Origin: Selaginella moellendorffii
Taxonomy: Eukaryota; Plantae; Lycopodiophyta
Length of the DNA stretch: 64,000 nt
Assembly: GCF_000143415.4 (NCBI RefSeq)
Contig: NW_003314295.1
Span: 248,001 to 312,000, forward strand
Direction of reading: 5' to 3'
Part shown: positions 51,366-64,000 of the stretch, one piece after another
Position numbering within the stretch: position 1 is the first letter of the stretch
Layout: each line of letters begins with the position of its first letter
Translations under genes and position numbers: made by a program
Notes under the pieces: generated by a model
Seen by the model: the letters and a program-made list of their open reading frames with translations, nothing else
Databases searched by the model: none
Told to the model about the DNA's origin: nothing

Positions 51366-53989
51366 CTACTATTTATTTCTTTCTTTTGGCTTTAAAAATT
51401 AAAAGTATTGTGAATAAAATTTCTATATCGAAATTAGACAATTTAATTATAAATTTTAAATGATTTAAATTAATTTTTAATACTAATATTATGAGTGTAT
51501 GGAATATGAAAATAAAATACAGAAATTTTTGGGCACATAAATTTACCCAAAAACTCTAATTTATATACAAGAGTGAATGATCCAAATTGAAATCAACTAT
51601 TAAAATATTATTATACTAATCTTAATGTATTAGCATTTGCTTAGCATATTCTGTGTAGCTAACAAAATATTGTTTTGATTTTTCATTATATTAAAAATTA
51701 AATTAAAATTGTATCAAAACAACAAATATTATATTCCACTTTGATTGAGGGAATTATGTCTAGAAAATGCTAGATGAATACAAAAATTAATTTTTGTAAA
51801 CTTGATAATATAAATATTTAAAACAAAATATATTAGTAGGCATAAGTAAGAATAAATATTCATTAATAAAATATTAGATACAAACTTTTATTTGGGAATA
51901 TGAATATATTTAGAAAAAGACCTGACCCAGAGAAAAATAAAAATGAATTTTCTTTTATTAATAATATGTTATATGTAAATTATATTTTTATTTGGGATAA
52001 ACTTATTTTAAGATTTTATCAAACAAAAGAAAATAATTACTGCAAGATATTACTTAATTATAAATTTTATTTAGAATATATAACAATAAAGTTTTAGAAA
52101 CATTAATATATTACTAATGAGATCCGGTCAAGAAAAAATTTATTTGTAAATATATGTTATAGAAACTATAAGTTCAAATCTTATATTCCATAGTATTATG
52201 TACTAATAAAATATATTTGTAGTTAGTAAGAATATTTTAAAATATTACTGTTTAATCAAATACTGCATACATTATCGTAGTTGTTTTTTGATAATAAGTT
52301 AGATTATAAATAAGTAAGGCTATATATAAAAATATAATATGTACTTTTATTGTTTAAATTTTTTTAATGTTTTTGTATTAACACTTGAAACTTTGATCAT
52401 GGTCCTACACATTTATAAAACTAAATTAACCCACATTTGATATACCATCATTTGTGGTTTTTTATATGTTTTAGTGATATTTAGACATGCCATTTGTACA
52501 GAATATAAGTTTCTTATTATTTTTATAAATACTGTTAAATTAAATTATAAAATTTAATTTTGACCTGAAATATTCAAAGATTATAATACTTTATAAAACA
52601 AAATAAGTTCTCTTGTAGTAACCCGTTAAACAGAATTTAAATCTCTGCTAATTTTTGATTTTGATCTAGTGATGGCACCAAAGATATGTATAACTATCAC
52701 GTCATAGGTACAACTTGTCATTGGTTAAATTAGCAAGAGCATTATGTATTGCCACTAGATAATCAAAAATCTTTTAATACCACACTTCCATCACCATGGC
52801 AACACAATTAGCAAGAGATAGAACCTACTATCAAAGTTTGGCCAGCAGTCAGCACCTAGTATCCCAATCTCTACACCCATGAATTCACCTGGTAAAGAAA
52901 GTAAAAAAATTACTATCTTGGTGACCAAGCGGATCTGCCACATGTGAGCCATGAATGCCCCTCTGATGCTAGTGGCTGAGAAACTACATACCAAGAAATT
53001 CTTCAATATGATGCCCAACATAATCCTCCTGACACTAGGCACAACAATAAGCCTAGGAAAGATCACAAAGAACATTACTATCCAAGTATAAACTCAAACC
53101 AAGACTAATTGTCACAGCTACTACTGCAAGTTTTGACTCTTTCATTTTTGCATTCTCTAGAACTTGTGCCACCACCTAAAGAACAAAAAAGAACTCTCAA
53201 AACTTATATTGAAAGGAGAATAGCTTACTTCATCAATTGCTTGCTTGTGGTTTAAACATGTTGTTAGAGGCATCACACCACTATAGTGTTGAAGCAACTC
53301 TACCTTGAATCCAAAGAAACAAAACAAAACAGAATAAAAATGAAGAAGAGAGCAAAAAAGTACCTATAATCTCAATGACTTTCCCAAAAAATCTTTCCAT
53401 TGCTAAGAAGTTTGAGAAAATGCAATCTCACTACAAGAAAATCCACTTACAATAGTAGCTCCAGTGGTGTTACAACTCATCTTAATTCCCAAAACAAGAA
53501 GCAGACCAATAGTCACAATGAGAAAAGAATGGCACCATGCAGGAATTTGCTCATTTAGGATGAATGTGAGGCACCAGTGCCAGAGATTGGCAAGAGTACA
53601 TGCTATAGCTCACAAAACTTTAAATCAAGGGAAAGAGATTTAAATATGAGCTTGAACCACAACTTGAAGCTGCCAATAGTCAAGCCTGCTGTCATCACAA
53701 ATACTCTCCACTAAACCTTAGAATTTACCCTCTTGATTTCAAAGGGTCTTCATTGCAAAAGGTTGAGTGTCAATGTTAGTCAACACTTTGCATATGACAT
53801 GTGTTATAACACCTTGTTCTCTCACCCTAGGTAGTTAGTTGCCTCCCATTGGCTAAGAGTAAACATTAGCATGATTATTTGCTAAGTATAGAAATAACTC
53901 TTTTACAGTTACACCCCCACTTTGCCCAGCAAATGCTAAATGAGTATAAAAATCAATAATTTTATACAATTTTTTCCTTATGATATCTC

Positions 53990-53991
53990 TA

Positions 53992-54043
<52 letters not shown>

Positions 54044-54045
54044 TA
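53990..54045. repeat. Compound microsatellite (TG)n(TA)n(CA)n
   Basis: Directly visible; near-palindromic. Confidence 0.9.
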
Positions 54046-57000
54046 CATACAATACTATACAACATAGACCATATATTTAGAATATTAATATATTCCCAAA
54101 ATAAAAAAAGAAGAATTAGTAAGTAAATATTATACTACTTAGAAAGATGAAAATATTTAGAACACTAAATTTTAAGAAACTTAATACTCAACCCAGAAAA
54201 AAAGTAAAATAAAAATTGCTAAGAATAATTTTTTTATAGTTATTAGAATATAAATATATTTAATACACTCCTAGAAAAAAAAATTAAATGAAGAATTACT
54301 TAAAAATAATTTTATTAATTAGATGTTACATGTAAAGTATTTTTTTACTTGGGATACAAACAAATTTAGAATCCTAAAATGGTAAGAAAACTAATATATT
54401 ACTACCCATACTAATTAATTATTATTAATTTATGGAAGCATTATTTAATTATTATGTGTTTACTTGAAATATAAATAAATTTATAACTAAAATATTAAGA
54501 ACATTAATATATTACTCAGATCCCACAGAAAATTGCTCAATTTAAAAAACAGCACTATTGAAAAACTAAAGTCTAACAAAAATTATATATACCCTTAAAC
54601 TCAAACATCTATATTAATTAATTTAGCAAAGAATTACGTTGCTATGTGCTTTACTTAGAATATAGAACAATAAAATTTTAAGAACACTAATACTACTACC
54701 CAGAACTAAGAAAAGAATTACAAAAAATTATTGTTATTAATATATGTTAAATACAAACTATAAATTCAAAACCTAATAAACTATGTTTGTTGTTAATCAA
54801 AATATTTATAAAGGTGTTTAATCTGTTTTTATTAAGACTAAGCTAACTGTCAACCTCATGTTTGAAATTTGAGTTTCATCCCCATGTGGAATTGCTATAA
54901 TTGCCTGGTCAATACATCATTACAAACAAAGAATTGTCTTATTCATAAAGAAGAAAAATGTATGAGAGGCTAAGTGGCATCTTCTGGCTCCTATCCAGCA
55001 GCCACGCTCACCTTTGTCATTGCTGGTGGAGCTGCTGCCGCCACTGCTGGGGGCTTGGGAGGACTACTTGCATCTTGCGCTGGATCTGGAGCTTGTGGCT
55101 CTAGATCTGCTGTTGGCGCTTGTTCCCGCAGATTGTTGTGGCAATTGAGTGGGAGATCTTTGCCTGGGAGATCCAGGAGCCACAACCTCACTAACTATTT
55201 TCTCGAGCATATCGCTCTCCTATAGGGCTATGCCTTTTACCTAAAGCAGCAGTGGAGATCCTTCATGCTGGGAGCAATAGTGGCAATTTCTGTAGGAAAA
55301 TCAAAAGATCTCAAGAAAAATCTGTGGAGATGTGAGTTTGGATAATGATAGCAATTTCAGGAAAGATGCAGTCTAATAAACACTTTTTATGTGACATGTG
55401 TTGCAATGCCTTCCTCTCTCGCCCTAGGTAGTTGGCCACCTCTCATTGGCTGGGAGCAAGCATCAACATGATTATTCACTAACATGTGGTTAAAGAAATA
55501 ACCCTTTTATAGTTACCCCCCATTAGACGGCTGTGATTGGTTGGATTCGGCAGCCCAAATAGTTTGGCAACTCCTCCTTATTATTATAGATGGCTATTAA
55601 TATTAGTATATGGTATTGTAACCATATATTTGGACCTCACATCATCTTTTCATCTCAGAAGGATGGAAGGTAGTTAGTTGACAGGTTAGGATTTGTTAAA
55701 CCATTAAGAGGAGGCATTGGTGGATATGTAGGTGGTATTAATTATTCCTAATCCCTTTGTACAAAGTGTTTATATAGTGATGCGCTAATAGAACTCTATA
55801 CCCTTGTGACATATGTATATTGAAGAGATGATAAATAACCATCTCAATCCAAATGCTGTAAATTCACATACTTTGCAATTATCCCCTTAAAAGTTTAAAT
55901 GAGTTGTTCCACCAAATTACCTGTCTGTGGATGATAAACACTTGTGAAAGTGTGACATGTCCCCAGCCGAGATATTAAAATGTGATATGCCTTAGCCATA
56001 AATGTGGGACCATTATCCAAGAGAATTTGCTCCAAACAAGAATGTTAGAACACTATTTGATTGAGTAGAAAGTATTGTCACACGACCAGGGTATTTCGCA
56101 ATGACTAAAGAGGAGGCAGCGCGATTCACGGATGGCAGAGCTCCCCGGGCCGAGGGCGCGTTCCAAGGTGGCAACGCATTCCAGGAGGGCCCCAGGAGGA
56201 AGGGGACGCCCCTGGCGCTGTTTGGAGGCAATTCGTAGGTCACAGGGGTAGGGTGATTTGACCAGATGGCACGAATGATGCGCGATCGATTGTGTGTGCC
56301 CATACACTTGTAAAAACAAATTTTGGCCGCAGTATTTTTCCGCCCAGCATATTTTCTTTTCTGGTTTTTGAATTTTTTTTAAAAAAGAATAATGTGGGGA
56401 TTCTAGCATGGCCATCGAGTTTTGCTTTCCATTGTTTATACGAGCATGCCGATGTTTTTTTTTCCTTCTTAAGCTGGAAAAAGCTTGCCCTCGATAGAAA
56501 CATGCTAAGCGGCACTTTGTGATGACTTCGAGGTTTTCTCGAGCATGCTTTGCAATGACGTGAGGTTTTCTACTTGCATCTACACTAATCGTGCTGCTCC
56601 AGGCCGCCTCTTACTGTCTCAAATTCTCTTCCAATCTTTACTCTTTCTAAGTCCTTCAGCATTGAGATGCTTTGGCCGGATGGTGGGTATGCTCTCTATA
56701 AGACTTTCTTCTTAGAAATACAGGAGAGTCCATTGCTTTATGTGCTGTTCACCAGGAGCATGCGGGGCCTACAGGCTATATTCGAGCTTTTTTGTGGGGT
56801 TCTAAAGATGAAAGGGACTTCCAAAATTCCAATCTCACTTCGCACTCTGACATCCGAGGAGAATGTCCTCGACAGAGAGCTGCTCCGGCTCCCAGGACAC
56901 TGCTGCTGGAGGAAGAAAAGATCGATCGATCAACCGAAAGAAGATTGCGGGACCAGACCTTTGCAAACAATCTCTCGTCCTGGCGCCATTTCCTTATCCC

Positions 57001-57819
57001 CGTCGCGGAAAACACAAGAAAAAGAGGTAGAATAGCTGACTTGGCTAGCAACACATCTTGTAATGACGTGGCACAAATGCTGCCGTGCAGATGAGCGGAT
57101 GAATCTATAAACTATACTTTATTTGTTTAGTTAGGGATAAATTCAAGTGTTAAGCAAGCTGATACTCACACATGCACCCATCTTTTGCTCCTGCAGAATG
57201 GAATGGTTGATTTATCTTGTGTATTTTTCCTGCTTTTCTGCAGAGGAAGCAGTTTGTTCAGGCTTGTGACTCATCTGTTCCGAAGTTAGAGCTTCATGAT
57301 GCGTATTCAGTGAGTTTGCATGATGTCAAACGTTCTTTGTATCATTTTGTGCATTCGAGGTCGAGCCAGCAATCACTAATGGAATGATATTGTTTTTCTC
57401 AATAATTTTTGGCCTGACTGACTGGCCTTTTGTGTGGGCTTGATCAGGCTTGGACAACTTCAACTCAAAGTGCAACTATATCCTTCAGATTGTTTAGTTC
57501 TCCTTGGCTTGCGAGTAAAGTTCCACAAATTTTTTGATATATCCCAACACGCTCTGCCTGGAGTGGCAGGTGACCATGCAAAGTAGCGAGAGATGTGATT
57601 TGGTGACGATTGTGAGAGACATGATTTAGTGAGGATCAGAGAATAAGTACATCGTGATTTTTCTATCTGGAAGTCAGATATTGACAAAAGCTGATATTGG
57701 GTAGTTATGAGAAAGATTTGTCTAGCTTTGATAGCATTTATCTAACTGAGATTCTATTTAGAATGCTTCTTATAACAACTGGATTTAGCTGATGTTTTAC
57801 TAATATAAATGTATGATTA

Positions 57820-60185
57820 AAAAATTAAAACATGGCAAGCCAGTTTCCAATTCAATTTTATAGCTTAATTTTTCAAAAATATATTGATGAACTAGCAAGG
57901 AATCCAGCTCTGCTGTCCTAGACGAAAATAAATTTCTAATGATGTCTTACTAAGATAGAACATTGTTCAAAAACAATCTTGTAAATCTTTTTAAAGTACA
58001 TACATAACATATGAAATAAATTAATATAAACTATATGTTGATTTTCATGATCTGCTCAACATTTTCATTTGTTAAAATATCAGAGGAAAATAATAATAAT
58101 GAAGTTTTTATAAGAAAAATTTAATAATAAATCTAATCTTTAAACTGTCCTAATAAACTAAAATTGCTGACTTTTAAAATTAACTCAGAGATAATTATAT
58201 CAATTTTTAGTAAAAATAATTTAATTTATAAATATACAGCTTAACAAACTCCTATATATACATATATATTTTAAAGCTTAAAGATGTGCTTATTCATAAA
58301 AGTCTAGATAATTATATTAGTTTATAACAACTAGATATAATCTTTATAAGAAACATTGAATTCAATCACTTTAACTTCACATAAAATATTTTGAAGTAAT
58401 ATCTGTTTTCAAACTTTTTGTCATTTGACTTTTAGCATTGCATTACAGAGATTTTCTCCTAGCAAATATACTAATGACATTAGCTCTCTTGCATCAAGGC
58501 CTTTTCTACAATTAGAAAAGCCAACAATTCCATCTTTAAGATAAAAAGGGTAATCCATGAGTTGCGCTCCATTGCTTTCAAAAATAATATTAGCAAAGAT
58601 CATTATATGTCTAGGGTGGAAGCTATGGAGTACATGTTGAGCTATGCCCAAGTAGAAAAAGAGGATGCATAACATTAAGGATGCAAAAGTAAATTCTATG
58701 AAGTTTTTGAAACTTTAGATTTATTTAAACATAGAACAAAAGAATTCACCTATCTATACAAAATAGAAGCACTTACAAAGAATATAAGTAATTAGAGTTT
58801 ATGTAAATGCTGCATGGAGGCCTTTGCATAGCAATTACACATGATTATCAACATACTGAAATATGGATCAAACTCCAAATTTTATGTATTTTTGCTCTCA
58901 ACCAATGTGAATAAACAACCTTACTCCTTGATAGCTTGTGATAGTGTGGCATGTTCACCTTGTATAAAAAAGGGGTGTACTTATATATTTAGAGCCTACT
59001 TATCATTTTTACAAATACCTAAAACACAATACTTTATTAAGTAGTATGTCTATATAGTTGTTCTATCAGATAAAATTGAGATCTAAAATGAAAACTCAAT
59101 TTAATGAGTGGTGCTCATAATGTTAATTCATGCTTATAAATAAAATAAATTACCCTATTAAAATTATCTCTTCTTCTTCTTCTTTTTAGTATTGCAGCCA
59201 TTACCACTATATGCTATGCATGCTTGTCTAGTCATTTGCAAATTTGATGTTGTGTGTAGTAGTCAGAAGCAAAAGTCACAATCATATAATCAACTTGCAA
59301 GATTATATAAATGGAAAAATACTTTTAAGACTATAGAGAAAACCACTACACTTTGGCAATGCTCGCTAAAGAGTTTGCTTGTTGCATTATTCTAGATTCT
59401 CAAGAATTGCCTATATTGTTAAGCCTGAGCAAGCATGTGTGGAAGGGATGGAGTGTGTTCCTATAGTTGATGCTAATCACATATGCTTTCAACAATCTTT
59501 AGTGTAAAAAGCATCTCTTCCTTGTAAGGCTCTCTTGCCTAATTAATCTTCAAGTTCCCTATGAAGTTTAAACACTACATTGCCATAGATAACAATTATC
59601 TATATCATTACTTGGTTCACACGTATTTCTCTAGGTCCTATAACAAGTAAACAAAAGTTATACGAGTTAATAGAATTGTAACCTTGATTTTGCATCTGGA
59701 TGAAAAGTTCCTCAACCTTTCCAAATGAACTATGTAACAATTTATTAAGACATTAAAAGTTTCCTAATTCAGAATGTAAAGAGCCTCAATTCTTAGCATC
59801 TTTTATATTCAAGCTTTTCCTATAAACATTGATAAAAAGATTATAGTAGCTATGATTTGTCTGGAAATTCATGCCTTACAGCACCCACAACATATTTGAT
59901 AAGAAAAAAAATTATAAAAAAGAAAGATTTATAAAATTTGCAATAGAAGAACACTACAAACCTATGTAACAAAGTAGGTGTCTAAATAACTATGACATCT
60001 TCTTTAACAATAGAATCTGTGCCAAAAAACCTACTGCTATGATGAGCTGAATCTTGGTAAAGTTCTATCCTCTTTCAAGTCATATATCTCATATCTATAC
60101 AAGAAAAATTAAAGTTCAAGAGAAGAAGAGAAGAAAAATAAGAGAGAGAAAAAAAAGAAAGTATTTATATACAAATGGATATTCT
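57820..60185. repeat. AT-rich dispersed repeat, copy 3 (longest, no FtsH4 attached)
   Basis: 58450-60185 is direct to copies 1 and 2; 57820-58420 is the reverse complement of ~38410-39000. Confidence 0.82.
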
Positions 60186-60299
60186 TTATAGCAGAGTTGA
60201 ATTTGAGACTTCTCTATACCAAATGTAACCTTTTGAATTAATTGAAAGCATACTAAAAGTGATTTAAGTACTCCTGAACAATTTAATTAATATCCTATT

Positions 60300-60953
60300 C
60301 CAATTTTTAAGGTGACAAAACTTGTTTTTCCATCCCTTCCAAACTTGTTGACAATATGGTTCCAATTAACTTGGAACTCTTAACTAAATCTAAATCACTA
60401 TAATATACTTTGTGAAATGCAAATATATCAAACACCATCCAATTGCCAATGCTTAGAAGTTCTTCTTCTAGAGGATGAAACTGTGCCATCTTGGTGAAAC
60501 AATCACTACCAAGATGGCATTGGATATGTGAACACTCCAGCTGTGTTGTAACTGTCACTTGTAAAAACTAATGGCTCAAGAACAACCTCAGTAGAATGAG
60601 CTATAATTGAACTCAAACCTTTGATACCATATATGAGAAAGAATAGAGATAAATCTCATGATAATAGTAGAAAAATCTTGATCTCTGGACAAATGCGTCT
60701 AAAGAAAACCATATAAATACTAAGTTACTCGACTAACTGTTTAGAGTTAACTGGGAAAGGTAGGACTCACGGGGCATAGCAAAGCGACCGAGCACTGCCC
60801 ACTATGCGGCCGGATTCCATCCCAACTGCCCGAAGCTCCTGAGCTCCTAACCCTAAAACTCCGCCCCAAAAGCCCCGAGAATGTAGCTCTCTCCCGAGCT
60901 ATATTCTTGATCCGTGGGTATGGAACTCAAGAAATCAGTACCATTGACATCGC
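60300..60953 (-). mobile_element. 5' remnant of an LTR retrotransposon (LTR, PBS, decayed gag start), possibly Ty1/Copia
   Basis: Minus-strand TGGTATCAAAG at 60629-60619 (tRNA-iMet PBS) next to a ~320-bp GC-richer block, followed by a short ORF MAQFHPLEE... Confidence 0.5.
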
Positions 60954-61498
60954 AATGGAGCTCATCCACGAAACTGGTATTGTTGTAGATTTTTTCTTTT
61001 CTACTCGTCCTTGCTTGTGTAAAGTTTGTGCCTTTTGTCAGGGCATCTATCTCTCGAAGTGATAGAGATCGTGTTGGATTGGATTCGGACCTTGCTCGAC
61101 CTTATAGACAATTATCACAAGGTACTCCATTGCACGGCCGAGGCGATTGTGTCCTACACGCGGGCTCTCTTACAGTTCCATTCCAGCAAAACGATCGAAT
61201 CGCGTGCTCGAATCATAATCTTTTTTTCCGGGCAAACAGTCATTGTCCGCTCCAGCTATGTAAAGCCATTTCGAAGTTCTTGTCTCTCTTTTCCTCTGGC
61301 AGGCTACACGATAAATCGACTTGATCAGTCGCTGGATCTCAATTATAGAGGTGAGAACTTCCTCATCTTCTCTTATTCCATTCCAAACGCACGGACGTTT
61401 TCCCGTTTTTTCTGGCAGAAATAGATTACAGGGATTCATCGCCTCTCCTAGGACGATCTTGGAGCGTTTCACAAACGAGTTTAGAAATGCGTGATGCG

Positions 61499-62808
61499 TC
61501 AAGAGATCACGCCGTTAGCTGGCTTGGTGGAGGAGCTACCAAAATAACTTTCCTGCAGCAGCCTCTTCATGGCTTCGGATTGAAGAGACACGCACACGCT
61601 CTTGCTGCGCCCGCCTTCGCGGCCGGGAGCGATGGTCACCATCCCCTCGCCGAAGAGCGGAGCCGCCAGGAACTCGACGTAGAACGGCTTGGAGAAGCCA
61701 AAGTCGGCATCGTCGTAGACGGGAACGTTGGCGGCCCAGTTGCAAAAGAGAACGTTGTTGGCGAAGAAGGAGGAGGCGCACTTGTAGGATCCGTTGGTCC
61801 TGGTCCCCAGCTGGATCGCCTTTGCAACGTCGCTCACGCTGGACTGACCGAGCGGCGAGACCGCGTCCACGAACTTAAAGGCGGTGGCAGAGTTTCCAAA
61901 GTAGCCGCGGTTCCGCTCCAAGTTGGTGTTGCTCCACAAGCACAACCGCGAGTTGCCGCTGCTCGGCTGCTCCTGCGCCTTGACGACGGCCTTCCACACC
62001 GCGGCGCACAGGGCCTCCGTCTCGCCGCCGCCGCCGCCGGACTCGCGCGTGATCGCCTCGACCACTTTGGAGCCGAAGTGGAAGACGCGGGTGTCCAGCT
62101 CCGACGCCTTGATGCTCAAGTTGGTGTGCGCGAATGGCTGCGGGAGCTGGACGTCGGCCGAGGTGACGTCGACGCTGGACGTGGGACGTGACGAGAGCTT
62201 GCCTTGCTTCCGGTGAGCCTCACCCCAGAGCTTCACCAGCAGGTCCATGGACATGAAGTCGGCGAGAATGTGGCACCAACTTAGTCCGAGAGCGAGGCCT
62301 CCGCCGCGGAACAGAGTATACTGCAAGAAGGGATTGGTTTCGTGTTGCTTTCTCCGGAGGCACACAAACTTACCTGGATGGCGAGCAGCGGAGAGACGCT
62401 GTAGTCGGAGATTCGGACCTCCGGAAGAAGCTGCTGCCGGTTGGATCCGTCCTTTTCCGCCTCGAGCCACTCCCGGAGGCTCGAGTCGCAGGTTGCTTCC
62501 ACGACTCGGATGCCGGCATCGTTGCTCTTGATTCCCAGGTTGCCGTTGTCCAGCACCCGCAGCCTCCCGCTCACGGAGGGGAAAAGATCGAGAACTTCGG
62601 CCAGGGAGAAGTTGAGCTCCTCTCTTTCGACTTCCCAGGGAGAGGAAGTAGGTACCTTGTCGAAGTAGATGACAGTGTGGAGGTAGAAGTTGCCGAGGAT
62701 GCTGTCGAGCTTGGAGACGGGGTGGATTGCGAGCTGGGAGGGATGAATTGAAACCACGGTCTTGACTCCATGAATTGTGACTTGGTGGTGGTGCTGCTGC
62801 TTCAACAT
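61499..62808 (-). CDS. BAHD-family acyltransferase, CER2/CER26-like; 2 coding exons (62808-62374, 62320-61499), ~418 aa
   Basis: FPSVSGRLR, SNDAGIRVVEA, GLSWCHILAD (HxxxD) and DFGFS (DFGWG variant). A 53-bp GTAAGT...TTGCAG intron lies after the conserved Q; probable 5'-UTR intron at 62811-62890. Confidence 0.9.
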
Positions 62809-63867
62809 TGCTGGAACAGGCCTGTGGATTTGCCTGCACAGACGACGAGATATCCGGACTAAGTCGCTACTCGGGACTCGGGATTTGTACCTTTCCTGGA
62901 GGTGAGAGTGGTGGTGGTCTTTTTTTTTTTTCTTTCTTTTCGCTTTTGGGAAGTACTCAGGAATCGTTTTCCTCCAGGCACGTCCTTGATTCGATCCCAG
63001 CGCTGCTGCTGCTACTCCCCTGCGCTCCTCTGGTGGAGTTTGAAGAAGAGATAAGCAAGCGTTGTGGAGGTAAATTCAAGGGAGTGATGGGGAAAGGAAA
63101 AGAGGGAGAGTGGTGGATTTGGCCGCGAATGCTAAGCACGGGGTCCTTATAATGCCCCTCTTCTCTCTCGTTAAGTTCTTTTCCTCGCTCCACTCACTTT
63201 GCAATCAATTGCAGGCACCAAAGCTGGCTGGCCATGGCTGGTGGGGCTCATCAAAGTGTGTTGGAGAAGACAGGCAAAAGAGAAGATGGATGGGGGCCAA
63301 AAGAGAAAGAAAAAAAGTTTAGAACAAGCCAGCAGCACTGAGCAACAGCACCAACACACACTACTACTTACACGGCCAGCGAAGTCAATGGGTGGAATTA
63401 ATGTGAGGGGATTGATTCGCTCATCGTCTTCTCCCCAGGAATTTCTTATAAGCGCGACGACCTGCGTTTGTTCGTAGTTGGTGGTGTTGTTGCGCGGGCA
63501 TTGAATGCCACAAAGGGATCTTCGCGTTGACTTCTCCGTCAATGGTGGTCAAAATTGGTCAATGCCCTAGCCCCGAGTAATTTCTCGTGGACGCGTTGAC
63601 TCCTCTGGTCAATTCTTGTCAAACAAGGTCGCGTGACTGTGTGATTTGTTTGTTTTTTGCCCTCTTTAAAGGTGGTGGTGTGGCGTGGTTGGGCTTTGCT
63701 GGCTGGTGGCCAGCGTTTTTAATGCTTTGGGCAAATTCTCTTCTTTCCGTTCTTTCCTATGGTTGGTAGCAGTTTGAAACTTTCGCGCGGTAGCGTGTCC
63801 ATTTCAAAAATTTAAAAGATGCCATCGGCATCGCCGGCTAGGGCAGAACTTAGGGCTCTTGCGCGCG

Positions 63868-63922
63868 ATGAGCTGGAGGTGCCACGGCAGGAGCAACGAG
63901 GAGCTGATCGCAAACCTCCAGA
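63868..63922 (+). CDS. Probable first exon of protein-L-isoaspartate O-methyltransferase; gene continues beyond the window
   Basis: MSWRCHGRSNEELIANLQ resembles the PIMT N-terminus (M-x-W...N/H-x-E-L-I-x-N-L) and is followed by a GTATGT donor. Confidence 0.6.
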
Positions 63923-64000
63923 GTATGTCAGCTGTCAGATCGCCCCGCATTGCGCTTGTTTGGAGCTGTTTCATGTGAGATCGCTGGCTTTGTTTTGTCG

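Noticed and set aside
61487-62191. 234-aa plus-strand ORF
   Set aside because: Antisense shadow of the GC-rich BAHD exon.

Overview
Eukaryotic plant genomic DNA, probably a lycophyte such as Selaginella. This is an inference from the ~50-bp introns, very short intergenic spacers and plant-type proteins. The backbone is a segmental duplication of a minus-strand three-gene block, FtsH4 - PDR/ABCG transporter - ELP3 (about 8.76-17.7 kb and 41.5-51.4 kb), and every gene copy shows an apparent disabling lesion. PDR copy 1 has a nonsense codon and PDR copy 2 a frameshift. ELP3 copy 1 carries a clean 1.3-kb internal inversion, and FtsH4 survives only as truncated fragments. Nested retroelements lie between and around the blocks. 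These include a non-chromovirus Ty3/Gypsy whose integrase runs in frame into a long extra ORF, and a second Ty3/Gypsy whose pol is interrupted by several ~50-bp GT-AG introns (the most unusual signal here). There are also three Cassandra TRIMs with 5S-rRNA-derived LTRs, LTRs with hexamer tandem arrays, and a thrice-repeated AT-rich element. The right end holds an apparently intact CER2-like BAHD acyltransferase gene and the probable first exon of a protein-L-isoaspartate methyltransferase. Coordinates were read by eye and may be off by a few bases.
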